Source of the DNA: Thermodesulfobacteriota bacterium
GTDB lineage: Bacteria; Desulfobacterota_D; UBA1144; Nemesobacterales; UBA2774
Assembly (NCBI GenBank): GCA_963422265.1
Contig: OY729416.1
Coordinates: 1-64,000 of the forward strand
Reading direction: 5' to 3'
Length of the DNA stretch: 64,000 bases
Shown: piece after piece, positions 1 to 9,593 of the stretch
How positions within the stretch are numbered: the stretch's first letter is position 1
Layout of the letters: each line of letters starts with the position of its first letter
Notes under the pieces: model-generated
The model's input: only the letters and a program-made list of their open reading frames with translations
Told to the model about the DNA's origin: nothing
The model's database searches: none
Program-made: the position numbers and the translations under genes

Positions 1-200
1 ATGTTCCTTGTTCCCCTGGTTGATGGGACTGCCGAGGAGAACTTGTTGAAGGGTGATCGCCCAAAGGCGCGGAGGCAATGGGTAACCACAAGGGTTACCC
101 CTACGAAATGATGGAAAAGCGCTCTCACCCTGTGTCCATCTCCCTGGTTCGACAGGTTCAGGATACCGCAACCGAGGGAGAGGCGGGAAGGACGGGGGAG

Positions 201-229
201 TTGACTTGCTCGCCGTTTTCTGATATCGT
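201..229 (+). promoter_or_regulatory. Putative sigma70 promoter
   Basis: TTGACT (201-206), 17 nt spacer, TATCGT, upstream of gene 292. Confidence 0.4.
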
Positions 230-291
230 GAAACCTAGTGGGGACGTCCATTTTATCAATAAAAAGTCGGTGTTAAGAGAGGCTAGATAAT

Positions 292-571
292 ATGAGGATT
301 TTCGCCATTGTATTGAGCAGAAGTAACTCAGAAGTGTCTGAGCGTATCAAGCGGAATTATCCAGATAGCTATCAAATATCTGATACCACCTTTCTAGTTT
401 CAAAAAATACCCTTGCGAAGACTATTGCCGAAGCGGTTGGAATCAAGGGGGGAGAACCGTATAGAGACTTCTAGTGGCGTTGTTTTCAGGTTGAATGGCG
501 CTTATGCTGGCTATGCCTCGCGCTCCTTATGGGATTGGTTACAGCAAAAAGAGGAGGAGAATGACGGCTAA
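292..571 (+). pseudogene. Small hypothetical protein split by a frameshift in a G6 run (447-452)
   Basis: ORF 292-474 stops early. Removing one G gives ...GIKGENRIETSSGVVFRLNGAYAGYASRSLWDWLQQKEEENDG*, ending at TAA 569-571 and overlapping the next start. Could be a real frameshift or a homopolymer error. Confidence 0.6.
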
Positions 572-803
572 TCATCTTCACTCGGTAGATAATCAATCGG
601 AGCCTGCGGCTCCAGCAAGTTCAAGTGGTGGGGGAGGTGGCATAGGCGTTGAGCACCGATTGGCTCGTCTGGAAGCACGAGTTGAGTATCTGACGACTAA
701 AGAAGACATTCAAAAAGTAAAAGTGTGGGTGTTGGTTGGGGTGCTTGGGGGCATGGGAATAGCGGCTACTTTAGCAGTAGGGATTTTGAAGCTTTTTTTC
801 TGA
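561..803 (+). CDS. Small coiled-coil protein with C-terminal transmembrane anchor (DUF1640-like)
   Basis: GAGGAGG SD at 551-557 before ATG 561 (in frame with ORF 495-803); RLARLEARVEYLTTKEDI motif followed by a hydrophobic helix. Confidence 0.6.
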   Translation: MTANHLHSVDNQSEPAAPASSSGGGGGIGVEHRLARLEARVEYLTTKEDIQKVKVWVLVGVLGGMGIAATLAVGILKLFF

Positions 804-1005
804 GGAGAAGTAGGGAAGTGAGTATAATAGCAAGGGAGTCTGAATTGTTCCCTGCCCTTCAACAGGTTCAGGATACTACTCGGATGCAGGGGCATGGACT
901 TTTGGGATTAAATGATGGGCTGTAATTAAAAGGATATAAGGACAAATTCTCCTTGATCCCCCTTTTCTAAAGGGGGAGTATATAGGGAATGACGGGGTGG
1001 CGTAT

Positions 1006-1701
1006 TTATTGCGCGTCTTCTAAATGCTCAAGCCCATCTTTCGCGGCGTCTTGCTGGGCTTGCTTTTTGCTCTGTCCCTCACCCCTGCCTAGACGCTTCC
1101 TTCCTAGCTTTACCTCTACGTGATAATGCTTGTCGTGCGGGGGTCCCTCTTCAAGAACCACTTTATATCTTGGGGATTTTTTGTGTTGTTTCTGGGCGAT
1201 TTCCTGAAGTTGCGTCTTATAATCCTTAAATATCTCTTGCTCGCCGTCAAGATAGTCCTTAATAATCTTGGAAATAACCTTGCTTACCTTGCGATAACCG
1301 CCGTCAATAAACACGGCTCCTATGACGGCTTCAAAGGCTCCGGCTAGGTTTGATTGCCTACCTCTGCCCCCGGTGCTTTCCTCACCTTTACCTAGCAGTA
1401 TATGTTCATCAATCTTGAGCTCTCTGGCGAAATGGGCGAAGTTGGTGGTGCTGACAAGGGCACTTCTTATCTTAGATAGTTTGCCTTCGGAGTGCTCGGG
1501 GAATCTGTGGTATAAAATCCTGGCGACTATGAAACCTAGAATAGCGTCGCCGAGAAACTCAAGCCTCTCGTTGCTTTCAACCCTTTTGTTGGTGAGCCCG
1601 CGAACCCTATCCATTTTTTCGTGCGCATACGAGTCATGAGTGAGGGCGGTCTCAAGAAGCCGGGGGTCTTTGAACTTATACTTGAGCTTCTTTTCAATCA
1701 T
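1006..1701 (-). CDS. rnc: Ribonuclease III
   Basis: NERLEFLGDA signature plus C-terminal dsRBD (DYKTQLQE...KKQAQQDAA). Confidence 0.97.
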   Translation of the reverse strand: MIEKKLKYKFKDPRLLETALTHDSYAHEKMDRVRGLTNKRVESNERLEFLGDAILGFIVARILYHRFPEHSEGKLSKIRSALVSTTNFAHFARELKIDEHILLGKGEESTGGRGRQSNLAGAFEAVIGAVFIDGGYRKVSKVISKIIKDYLDGEQEIFKDYKTQLQEIAQKQHKKSPRYKVVLEEGPPHDKHYHVEVKLGRKRLGRGEGQSKKQAQQDAAKDGLEHLEDAQ

Positions 1702-1790
1702 TTGTTATAGATTCATTTCAGCGCAAGTTTCGCATATCCGTGTTCACACTTTATGAAAATACAAAATATCATTAACGAGGACGAAAATCA

Positions 1791-2099
1791 ATGCAAAAGC
1801 GTTTTAACGAGGGGATATTTAGGATTAGACATTTTCTGCCCACTGACCTAAGGGAGGAAATCAGCGCCGAAAAGGTCGGCGAGCTTTTAAACCTGTTGTC
1901 TGAGACCGAGAGGGAAGTGTTAGAAAAGCGTTTTGGATTGGATGATGGGAAACAGCGGGCACAGGCGCGCGGTGCCGTCCATTCTTTTGCCCAAATTGGC
2001 GCCTCTATGGGGTTCAGCAGGCAGCGTGCTTATCAGTTGTGTAGCCGAGCAATTCATAAAATTATTCTGCACGTAAAAAAACCTCTTGACATATCCTGA
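1791..2099 (+). CDS. Stand-alone sigma-70 region 4 HTH protein (putative regulator of the virion operon)
   Basis: LSETEREVLEKRFGL...SFAQIGASMGFSRQRAYQL matches the sigma r4 pattern; 102 aa, no region 2. Confidence 0.75.
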   Translation: MQKRFNEGIFRIRHFLPTDLREEISAEKVGELLNLLSETEREVLEKRFGLDDGKQRAQARGAVHSFAQIGASMGFSRQRAYQLCSRAIHKIILHVKKPLDIS

Positions 2100-2114
2100 T
2101 TAGTGTGCTACTTT
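2086..2114 (+). promoter_or_regulatory. Putative sigma70 promoter upstream of the portal gene
   Basis: Perfect TTGACA (2086-2091), 17-nt spacer, TG-n extended -10 and TACTTT (2109-2114). Confidence 0.55.
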
Positions 2115-2216
2115 ACATTTTAACGGCGTAGCTTTATTCAACTTATGAATAAAGGGCATATAGCGCTAAACTTCCATTCATCAATAAACCCATAGTCGGT
2201 AAACCATAAAGAAAAT

Positions 2217-3644
2217 ATGAGGCATTTGCTAGAACGTATTGCGCGTCTCTTCGCGGACGGGAAGGGTGCGTCCTCGCAGGAGCCTCGTTCTATAATGGAG
2301 GTTGCCGACCTATCTACGCAGGAGGGATCAGGGTGGAACGCGCACGGCGGACGCCAAGCTGATATAGATACAGGCATTGCCCTAGAGTCAGACGAGGCTT
2401 ATCTATCGCGACTGCGCGAATCTGCCAATCGGGCATATAGGCGTAATCCACACGCTCATGGCATAGTTGAAAATCTGACGAATTTTATTGTGGGTAAGGG
2501 CGCCGAGCTTGTTCTCTCAGCAACTTTGTCGGATGCCGAGCAAGCGCAGGTCAGGGAAGAATGGGGCAGGTTCAAGCGTGCCAACAAATGGCGCAGGGCG
2601 CAGCAGGAAATTGTCAGGCGGGCTATTAGGGACGGTGAGTGTTTTTTAAGATTCACAATAGATCGTGGCGATTGTCTTTCTTTTCACTTCCTTGAACCGG
2701 ATTGGATAACCTCGCTAAGCCCCGATATTTCACACGGCATTGAAACCGATCCCAATGACGTCGGTCAAGTAAAGTCCTACAGGCTTGTGCCTCCGCTTTC
2801 CTGCTCAAATAATGCCTCAGCAAATTTGCCACTAGCTCAAGCAGGCTCTTTTCCCAATGCCTCGACCCAGCGCGAAGTTGTCCTCTCGCCTAAAGAGGTT
2901 CAGCACATCAGGTTGAACGTTGATTCTAACGTCAAGCGTGGCCGCTCTTACCTAGAGCCAGTTCTAAGGGATTTAGAGGATTTGGCGCAATTTCGCAGAT
3001 ACCGTACGACGCTGAACAAGGCGCGCACGGCGGTTGTAATGGTGCGCAAGGTGGCGGGAGCTGGATCTCAAGGGCGCCGCCTCTCCGCCCAAGCTGGTAT
3101 GGAACCACAGCGGGCGCCGGGCATACCAGGAACAACGGGGAGGAGCTTAAAGCCTCCTAAAGCCGGCACCGTTTATACAATAGACAAAGAGTCGGAGGTG
3201 GAATTCAAGTCACCCAATCTTGGCGCAAGCGAAGCGGCACATGATGGGCGAATGCTGACGCTTGCAATCGCCGCCGGTGTGGGGTTGCCAGAATTCGTTC
3301 TCTCGGCTGACGCTTCTAATAACAACTTTGCTTCGGTTAAGCAGGCGACCCTGACCCTTATCAAGCTGACTGAGGATATGCATGCGTTCTTTGGAGAGGA
3401 GTTCTGTGAAATCTTTGACAGAGTAATAGCCCAAGCCAAGCTACAGGGACGCCTTAGGCAAGATTTGGACGTGTCGTGTGATTTTGAGTTTCCAGCCTTT
3501 GACATCCGCGATCTCAGCCAAGACGCACATACCTTCGCAATCCTTAGGGCGGAGGGCGTGGTCTCGAAAGCCTCTATGGCTGCGCGGTTCGGATACGACT
3601 ATGAGGAGGAAATAAAGAAGATGAAGAGGGAGGAAACGCTATGA
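2217..3644 (+). CDS. Phage portal protein (lambda-family-like)
   Basis: LRESANRAYRRNPHAHGIV, RRAIRDGECF, KRGRSYL and IAAGVGLPEFVLSADASNNNFAS motifs; first gene of the head module. Confidence 0.85.
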   Translation: MRHLLERIARLFADGKGASSQEPRSIMEVADLSTQEGSGWNAHGGRQADIDTGIALESDEAYLSRLRESANRAYRRNPHAHGIVENLTNFIVGKGAELVLSATLSDAEQAQVREEWGRFKRANKWRRAQQEIVRRAIRDGECFLRFTIDRGDCLSFHFLEPDWITSLSPDISHGIETDPNDVGQVKSYRLVPPLSCSNNASANLPLAQAGSFPNASTQREVVLSPKEVQHIRLNVDSNVKRGRSYLEPVLRDLEDLAQFRRYRTTLNKARTAVVMVRKVAGAGSQGRRLSAQAGMEPQRAPGIPGTTGRSLKPPKAGTVYTIDKESEVEFKSPNLGASEAAHDGRMLTLAIAAGVGLPEFVLSADASNNNFASVKQATLTLIKLTEDMHAFFGEEFCEIFDRVIAQAKLQGRLRQDLDVSCDFEFPAFDIRDLSQDAHTFAILRAEGVVSKASMAARFGYDYEEEIKKMKREETL

Positions 3645-4774
3645 AGCGGATAAGAGAGAACCGCCTAAGGGGCGAGATATTCGAAGAAGCCAAGTTTGAC
3701 GATGAAAATCTGATTATCCGAAATGCCTCTTTGCTGGGAGCAGAGAGCTTAAACGGCTATGCCTACACGGAAAGGGCGCTTGAAGATGCGGCTAGGATGC
3801 TTGAAGGCGCCCCTCAGTTTCTTGATCACGGATCGATGCTGAATACGGGAAGGGGCGTTATGGATTCGTTCTCGCGGGTGCGTAGCGTCCGCTACGATAG
3901 GCGGGCGCATAAGTTGTTTGGGGATATGGAGCTTGTAGATACCCCATTGATTCGCAACGAGGTATTTCCAAGAATGAAACAGTTCGCGGATAGGTTTGGC
4001 AACTCTATCGTCGCCGAGGGAGAGTTTGAAAGGATGGAAGACGGAAGTTTCGTTACGAGCCTGACCGCTGTGCATTCCTGTGACTTAGTATCTGACCCTG
4101 CGACTACCAAGGGGTTGTTTGAGCAGATAGCACCCAAGGACGAAAGAGCATGTAGCCCTGTTCGAAGATCAGGAGCTTGGAATTATGATAACAAACGTGT
4201 CCCCAACGCCGATCGGGGAAAGGAGGAAGAAAAGATGAAGATAGAAGACGTTAGGAGTAGTTATATACCCGATGCTGATCGGGGGGCTGATCGGGGGGCT
4301 GATCGGGGGAAAGAGCAATTAAGTGATGATACTGGGCAGTCCCTGAACTTGCCTCAGGTTCAGAGTGATGGTATTGCCAAATATCCGCCTGAGGAGCTTG
4401 CGAACGTAGCAGTTTCAGAGGAGATTGAGGCTATGAAGGCTGAGAATTCCAGGCTTAGAAAGGAGAAGAATAGGCTTGAGGAAGAAAAAAGTCTGGCTGA
4501 GAAGAAGACGTTTCTTGAAAGGGAGATTAGCAGAGCAGACCTGCCTGAATCCATCATAACGGAGAGTTGGAGGAAAATGTTATTGGAAAAAAGGCAGGAC
4601 GAGATTAAACGGGCTATCTCCGAGATAGCAGAAGCTATTAAGCCCATTATCGGACTTGCTCGGAAAAACGTGCGGAGCTTTGAATCGCTTAATTTCGAGA
4701 AATCGCTTATGGATGGGTCGGATGCGCGCTTGGACGTGCACATAGGGGATTTTTACAAGAGAGTCTTTAGGTGA
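3641..4774 (+). CDS. Prohead protease / scaffold fusion
   Basis: ATGA overlap with portal; SLNGYAY, FLDH, V.SCDLVSDPATTKGLFE protease-like N-terminus; coiled-coil C-terminus. Confidence 0.75.
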   Translation: MKRIRENRLRGEIFEEAKFDDENLIIRNASLLGAESLNGYAYTERALEDAARMLEGAPQFLDHGSMLNTGRGVMDSFSRVRSVRYDRRAHKLFGDMELVDTPLIRNEVFPRMKQFADRFGNSIVAEGEFERMEDGSFVTSLTAVHSCDLVSDPATTKGLFEQIAPKDERACSPVRRSGAWNYDNKRVPNADRGKEEEKMKIEDVRSSYIPDADRGADRGADRGKEQLSDDTGQSLNLPQVQSDGIAKYPPEELANVAVSEEIEAMKAENSRLRKEKNRLEEEKSLAEKKTFLEREISRADLPESIITESWRKMLLEKRQDEIKRAISEIAEAIKPIIGLARKNVRSFESLNFEKSLMDGSDARLDVHIGDFYKRVFR

Positions 4775-4784
4775 TGTGTGACGA

Positions 4785-5890
4785 TCGTCATTCCTGCATA
4801 AGCATGTCCCTGCATGTATTAAGCAGGGACAGGAATCTAGTGGGGAATGGGAGGCAAGGGATTTTGTTCCCCGACCCTCCCTGGTTGGTGAGCCTGCCGA
4901 AGGGCGATGTCCTGAACTTGTTGAAGGGGGGATGATTGATCTTCCTTGATGTTCTATCAAATCCCCCTGTGTCCCCCTTTTCTAAAGGGGGAGAAGAAGA
5001 GGATGGGTAACCACAAGGGTTATCCCTACGAGATGATGGAGAGGGTGGGAATCCAGAGGGTATGGGGAGATAAGGGAGGGTCGATCTTCCCTGATGTTCT
5101 ATCAAATCCCCCTATATCCCCCTTTTCTAAAGGGGGAATGTGTGAGGAATGTATTCGTTCCTAGATGTCCTATCAAATCTCCCTCTCCCAGAGGGAAAGG
5201 GGGAAAAGACAAGATTTCTCGGTTGTGTTTTGTCATTAGGCAAGCTCAGGAGTTAGAAGGGATATTTCCCTCCTTTCGTAAAGGAGGGTTAGGGTGGATT
5301 TTGTTTTTGTTTGTAGGGGTGGTGCTAGCGATGTCCTGAACTTGTTGAAGAGGGGGGATGATTGATCTTCCCTGATGTTCTATCAAATCCCCCTGTATCC
5401 CCCTTTTCTAAAGGGGGAGAAGAAGAGGATGGGTAACCACAAGGGTTATCCCTACGAGATGATGGAGAGGGTGGGAATCCAGAGGGTATGGGGAGATAAG
5501 GGAGGGTCGATCTTCCCTGATGTTCTATCAAATCCCCCTATATCCCCCTTTTCTAAAGGGGGAATGTGTGAGGAATGTGTTCGTTCCTAGATGTCCTATC
5601 AAATCTCCCTCTCCCAGAGGGAAAGGGGGAAAAGACAAGATTTCTCGGTTGTGTTTTGTCATTAGGCAAGCTCAGGAGTTAGAAGGGATATTTCCCTCCT
5701 TTCGTAAAGGAGGGTTAGGGTGGATTTTCTTTTTGTTTGTAGGGGCGGTGCTAGCGATGTCCTGAACTTGTTGGAGGGGGGATGATTGATCTTCCTTGAT
5801 GTTCTATCAAATCCCCCTGTGTCCCCCTTTTCTAAAGGGGGAGAAGAAGAGGATGGGTAACTACAAGGGTTATCCCTACGAGATGATATA
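4785..5890. repeat. Mosaic palindromic repeat block containing about 2.3 tandem copies of a ~425-bp unit
   Basis: Unit starts GCGATGTCCTGAACTTGTTG at 4904, 5328 and 5754; near-identical copies built of several hairpin families. Confidence 0.95.
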
Positions 5891-5904
5891 AGGAGGAAAC
5901 GTAA

Positions 5905-6378
5905 ATGAGTGAGATGAGATACAGGAGAGATGCGGGAGAGGCGAGCGTAGCGGTCAATTCCGAGACTATAATAGAAATAGGAGATTTGATCTGGTTGGAT
6001 ACAGATGACACCAAGCCAGCATCTAATTTCTCATGGACAACAGACGCGGCTACGACGCAAGCAAATTTTAAGGAGAAATTCCTCGGCGTAGCGATGCAAG
6101 CAAGCAGGGACGGTGATACCAACCCTATTCGGTTCATTTATGATGGCGTTTTTGAGATGGATGCCTCTTCGGCTAGCTATGAACTCGGTTCTATGGTAGC
6201 CCCAGCTAAGTCTAGTGGAGAAAAGCTGCTCAATCAGCAGGTTGCCGCTTCGTCAGCGGCTGCGGGGGCAATCGGTATTGTGCACAAGGCGGCTCCGAGT
6301 AGTTCTACGAGGGTACTGGTTCGAATACGCTCGCAGGTTATGGATGGTATAAGGATTGGGGAAGACGCTACCAGTTAG
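5905..6378 (+). CDS. Head decoration / capsid cement protein (DUF2190-like)
   Basis: AGGAGG SD; IEIGDLIW, FLGVAMQ and GVFEM motifs; immediately upstream of the capsid gene. Confidence 0.7.
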   Translation: MSEMRYRRDAGEASVAVNSETIIEIGDLIWLDTDDTKPASNFSWTTDAATTQANFKEKFLGVAMQASRDGDTNPIRFIYDGVFEMDASSASYELGSMVAPAKSSGEKLLNQQVAASSAAAGAIGIVHKAAPSSSTRVLVRIRSQVMDGIRIGEDATS

Positions 6379-6416
6379 ATGGACATATGACAAACAGAAA
6401 GTAGGAGGAGAGATAA

Positions 6417-7610
6417 ATGAAGGTAAATGAGATAAGGAATTTGCTTAGGCAGCTAAGTGTAGGTAGCGATAAGATCACCTATGAAGCTAAGAAGGCTTTT
6501 GTGGAGAATTATCAAGAGCCTTTGTTAAAAGGGCAGAGGCTGCCTAATGGCGAGTTAGTAAAGACTAGATCCGAAGAGTGGTCTATACGCGGTTTGTGGG
6601 AGGCTCTGGTCGGACCTGTTGACGAGACCTTGCCCATAGATCGCTATTTTTCAGAAACTACTCACAGGCAGTATTTCGAGGCGGCTTTGGACTCTACCAT
6701 GTTTCCAAAAGCTATGGGCAACCTGATGATAAACAAGGTTATAGAGGGTTATAGCTCGCCTATGTTTATTGGGGATCAACTGGTTGAAAATATGCCCTCG
6801 AACCTCAAGTCGGAAACAATTGTCGGTTTTACAGGCTCGCAGGAGCTCAAGGAGGTAGCCGAAGGAGGGCAGTATGAAGAATCCAGCATAAGCGAGAAAT
6901 ACGTTACGACCGAGACGTCTAAGAAGGGGCGTATTATCTCACTTACGGAAGAGGACATCAGGTTTGACCGCACGGGTCAGATTCTTATGCGCGCCAGAAT
7001 GCTAGGCGAGGAAGCGGGGAGAGACAAAGAGGAGACTATACTTAGGGGCGTTACAGGCGTGAATACCAAAGTCTATAAGCCCAATGGAACTGCGAAAAGC
7101 CTTTACTCGTCTGGACACAAGAATCTAAAGGAAAGCAACGGTTTAACTGATTGGACGCAGATTGACGCTGCGCTCCTTCAACACGTCGAGATCAAGGACA
7201 ACAGGCAGGGCGGAAAAGGCAAGCCTGTTATGTGGATGCCCAGCATTATTCTCACAGGTCCAGCCAACGCTACGACAGCTAAGAGAATTGTGGGGGCTAC
7301 CGAGATCAGATCGCACGACGGCTCGGCTTCAAAAAATCCCTCTGATGGCAACACCGTTGTTTCGGCTAATCCATTTGGAAACTTCACCGTGCTGTCTAGC
7401 TCGCTATGGCCTGCGGCTTCTACCGACTGGTTCATTGGCGATTTTCGCAGGCAGTTTATATGGCAGGAGATTTGGCCTATCAGGGTATTTTCCCAAGGAG
7501 CTAACGCTGAGTCGGCATTTGAGGCGGACGTGATTAGCAGGTTTAAGGTGAGCTACTACGGTGGAATAGCTGCTGTTGATCATAGATACGTAATTAAGAA
7601 TACGGCTTAA
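6417..7610 (+). CDS. Major capsid protein (HK97 fold, Mu gpT-like)
   Basis: 397 aa; LKEVAEGGQYEE, KKGRIISLTEEDIRFDRTGQI, DWFIGDFRRQF and YYGGIAAVDHRY; position in operon. Confidence 0.85.
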   Translation: MKVNEIRNLLRQLSVGSDKITYEAKKAFVENYQEPLLKGQRLPNGELVKTRSEEWSIRGLWEALVGPVDETLPIDRYFSETTHRQYFEAALDSTMFPKAMGNLMINKVIEGYSSPMFIGDQLVENMPSNLKSETIVGFTGSQELKEVAEGGQYEESSISEKYVTTETSKKGRIISLTEEDIRFDRTGQILMRARMLGEEAGRDKEETILRGVTGVNTKVYKPNGTAKSLYSSGHKNLKESNGLTDWTQIDAALLQHVEIKDNRQGGKGKPVMWMPSIILTGPANATTAKRIVGATEIRSHDGSASKNPSDGNTVVSANPFGNFTVLSSSLWPAASTDWFIGDFRRQFIWQEIWPIRVFSQGANAESAFEADVISRFKVSYYGGIAAVDHRYVIKNTA

Positions 7611-7617
7611 ATTAAAA

Positions 7618-7974
7618 ATGGCAGAAATCTATACTTATGATGAAGCCTTCCCAACGGATAAGGATAAGGTGCGCGCTCTTATCCCCGACAAAGCTGATCC
7701 TCAAAATAAGATGCTGTCTGATCAGCAAATAGCTCTCGCTATAGAAATGCACGACGACAATCTCAGGCTGGCAACCGCTGAATGCTGTGAGATGATTGCG
7801 TCTAAGCTTGCGCCTGACGCCGTCTCTTATTCCATCGGTGGAGTTGGAGGAGACGTGAACGCTTCGCTAGGTCCGGGCTACTTTCTGAGACGAGCGAAGC
7901 AATTGAGAGAGGACGAAGTGAAACACGTCCCTTTCTTCAGTGAAGGTGCTTTTGATTATTGTGCCGATCATTAG
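7618..7974 (+). CDS. Head-tail adaptor (connector) protein
   Basis: DKVRALIPD...LSDQQI...ATAECCEMIASK pattern, size and position after capsid. Confidence 0.65.
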   Translation: MAEIYTYDEAFPTDKDKVRALIPDKADPQNKMLSDQQIALAIEMHDDNLRLATAECCEMIASKLAPDAVSYSIGGVGGDVNASLGPGYFLRRAKQLREDEVKHVPFFSEGAFDYCADH

Positions 7975-8004
7975 TAGGGAGAGGTTTGTGTTTCCCCCTG
8001 TCTA

Positions 8005-8688
8005 TCAAATCCCCCTGTATCCCCCTTTTCTAAAGGGGGAGTATGTAAGGAAGGGGTTGCGTTCCCTGATGTTTTATCAAATCCCCCTGTATCCCCCTTT
8101 TCTAAAGGGGGAGTGTGCAAGGAAGGGGTTATGTTCCCCGATGCCCTATCAAATCCCCCTATGTCCCCCTTTTCTAAAGGGGGAATATGTGAGGAAGGGG
8201 TTGCGTTCCCCGATTCCCCGTCAAATCCCCCTGTATCCCCCTTTTCTAAAGGGGGAATGTGTGAGGAAGGGGTTGCGTTCCCTGATGTTTTATCAAATCC
8301 CCCTGTATCCCCCTTTTCTAAAGGGGGAATGTGTGAGGAAGGGGTTGCGTTCCCCGATGCCCTATCAAATCCCCCTGTATCCCCCTTTTCTAAAGGGGGA
8401 GAAGGCAAGGAAGGGGTTGCGTTCCCCGATGCCCTATCAAATCCCCCTATATCCCCCTTTTCTAAAGGGGGAGTGTACAAGGAAGGGGTTATGTTCCCCG
8501 ATGCCCTATCAAATCCCCCTATGTCCCCCTTTTCTAAAGGGGGAATATGTGAGGAAGGGGTTACGTTCCCTGATGTTCTGTCAAATCCCCCTGTATCCCC
8601 CTTTTCTAAAGGGGGAGTATGTAAGGAAGGGGTTGCGTTCCCCGATGTTCTGTCAAATCCCCCTGTATCCCCCTTTTCTAAAGGGGAA
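8005..8688. repeat. Tandem array of 10 units with exact 72-bp period
   Basis: TCAAATCCCCCT...CCCCCTTTTCTAAAGGGGGA starts at 8005, 8077, 8149, 8221, 8293, 8365, 8437, 8509, 8581 and 8653; the intervening 36-nt halves are similar to one another. Confidence 0.97.
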
Positions 8689-8751
8689 AACAAAGGAACT
8701 GGATTCCAGCTCGGGGGCGGGAATGACGGGTCGAGGCAGGGAGGATTTTCA

Positions 8752-9093
8752 TTGAACCTTCAGGAAACAGCTATTAATACGTCTCTCACTCTACTTGATT
8801 ACGGCTATATAGGCGTATTTATCCTGCTGGTCTGCATCGGCATAGGGCTTTTATATTGGATTTCCCGAAAGGATATGATCCGAATGTCCGAGATACATCG
8901 TCAGGACAGACAAGACTGGTGGGAAGCTATGAAAGAAGCCCATATTCAATTTGCCGATGTGCTGGATAAGCGGACGGAAAAGTTTGCTGAGTCGATTGAG
9001 AAACAAACCCAAGCCATTAATAGACAAGTCGAGGCTACTAATAATCTGGCTTCCGAGATGTATAAGGCTATCGCTTTTAGAAATAAAAAGTAG
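8752..9093 (+). CDS. Holin-like membrane protein (single TM plus coiled coil, BhlA/UviB-like architecture)
   Basis: GGAGG SD before TTG 8752, in frame with ORF 8113-9093 whose upstream part is repeat-derived; TM GYIGVFILLVCIGIGLLYWI followed by heptads. Confidence 0.55.
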   Translation: MNLQETAINTSLTLLDYGYIGVFILLVCIGIGLLYWISRKDMIRMSEIHRQDRQDWWEAMKEAHIQFADVLDKRTEKFAESIEKQTQAINRQVEATNNLASEMYKAIAFRNKK

Positions 9094-9104
9094 GGCAATG
9101 CGGT

Positions 9105-9593
9105 ATGAGCAAGGCGAAAGATATATTGGACGGCGTTGTGTTTGTGCTCCAGCCCACGAAGGACGGGATTATTAGGACGGTGGACTCTGAATATGCGTCT
9201 TTGCACGAACTGATCAGAGAAGCAAGAAACAGCCCCGAGCATTTTCCAAAGGCGGTAATATCATTCGGGGAACAAGAGAAACCCGCTCCAAGTTCGTTAC
9301 AGGTAGTAGGCGAGGTGGATAGGTTTTTGCTGCCGATTGTAGTGGATATTTACGTAATTAGACTAAAGGGGCGCTTGTTGACCGATACTGACAATGCGCT
9401 GGCGGAGGTAAGGAATACGATAGAGGCGACTCCACGCTGGACGGATAATAACTACCCGACTCAGTTTCCGCTAAAGTCAGTTAAGCGGGTGGTGACGCCT
9501 GACGCCACAAGGGTGACAAACCCATATATTACCTTTGGCGCCGCAAGCGTGAACTTTGACGTGCTTTACTGGTATGAAAGGGGGAGAGTATGA
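9105..9593 (+). CDS. Tail terminator / tail completion protein
   Basis: FPKAVIS motif, alternating beta pattern ending FDVLYWY, size and position. Confidence 0.55.
   Translation: MSKAKDILDGVVFVLQPTKDGIIRTVDSEYASLHELIREARNSPEHFPKAVISFGEQEKPAPSSLQVVGEVDRFLLPIVVDIYVIRLKGRLLTDTDNALAEVRNTIEATPRWTDNNYPTQFPLKSVKRVVTPDATRVTNPYITFGAASVNFDVLYWYERGRV

Noticed and set aside
4580-5832. ORFs such as MFYQIPLYPPFLKG... and MIEHQGRS... (also at 78-290, 7940-8755, 7971-8693, 30001-30266, 31794-32355)
   Set aside because: They are translations of the palindromic repeats, recurring wherever the repeat occurs; no evidence that they are genes
8005-8688. CRISPR array (36-nt palindromic repeat plus 36-nt spacer)
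   Set aside because: The would-be spacers are variants of one sequence, the repeat occurs singly all over the window, and there is no leader or cas gene
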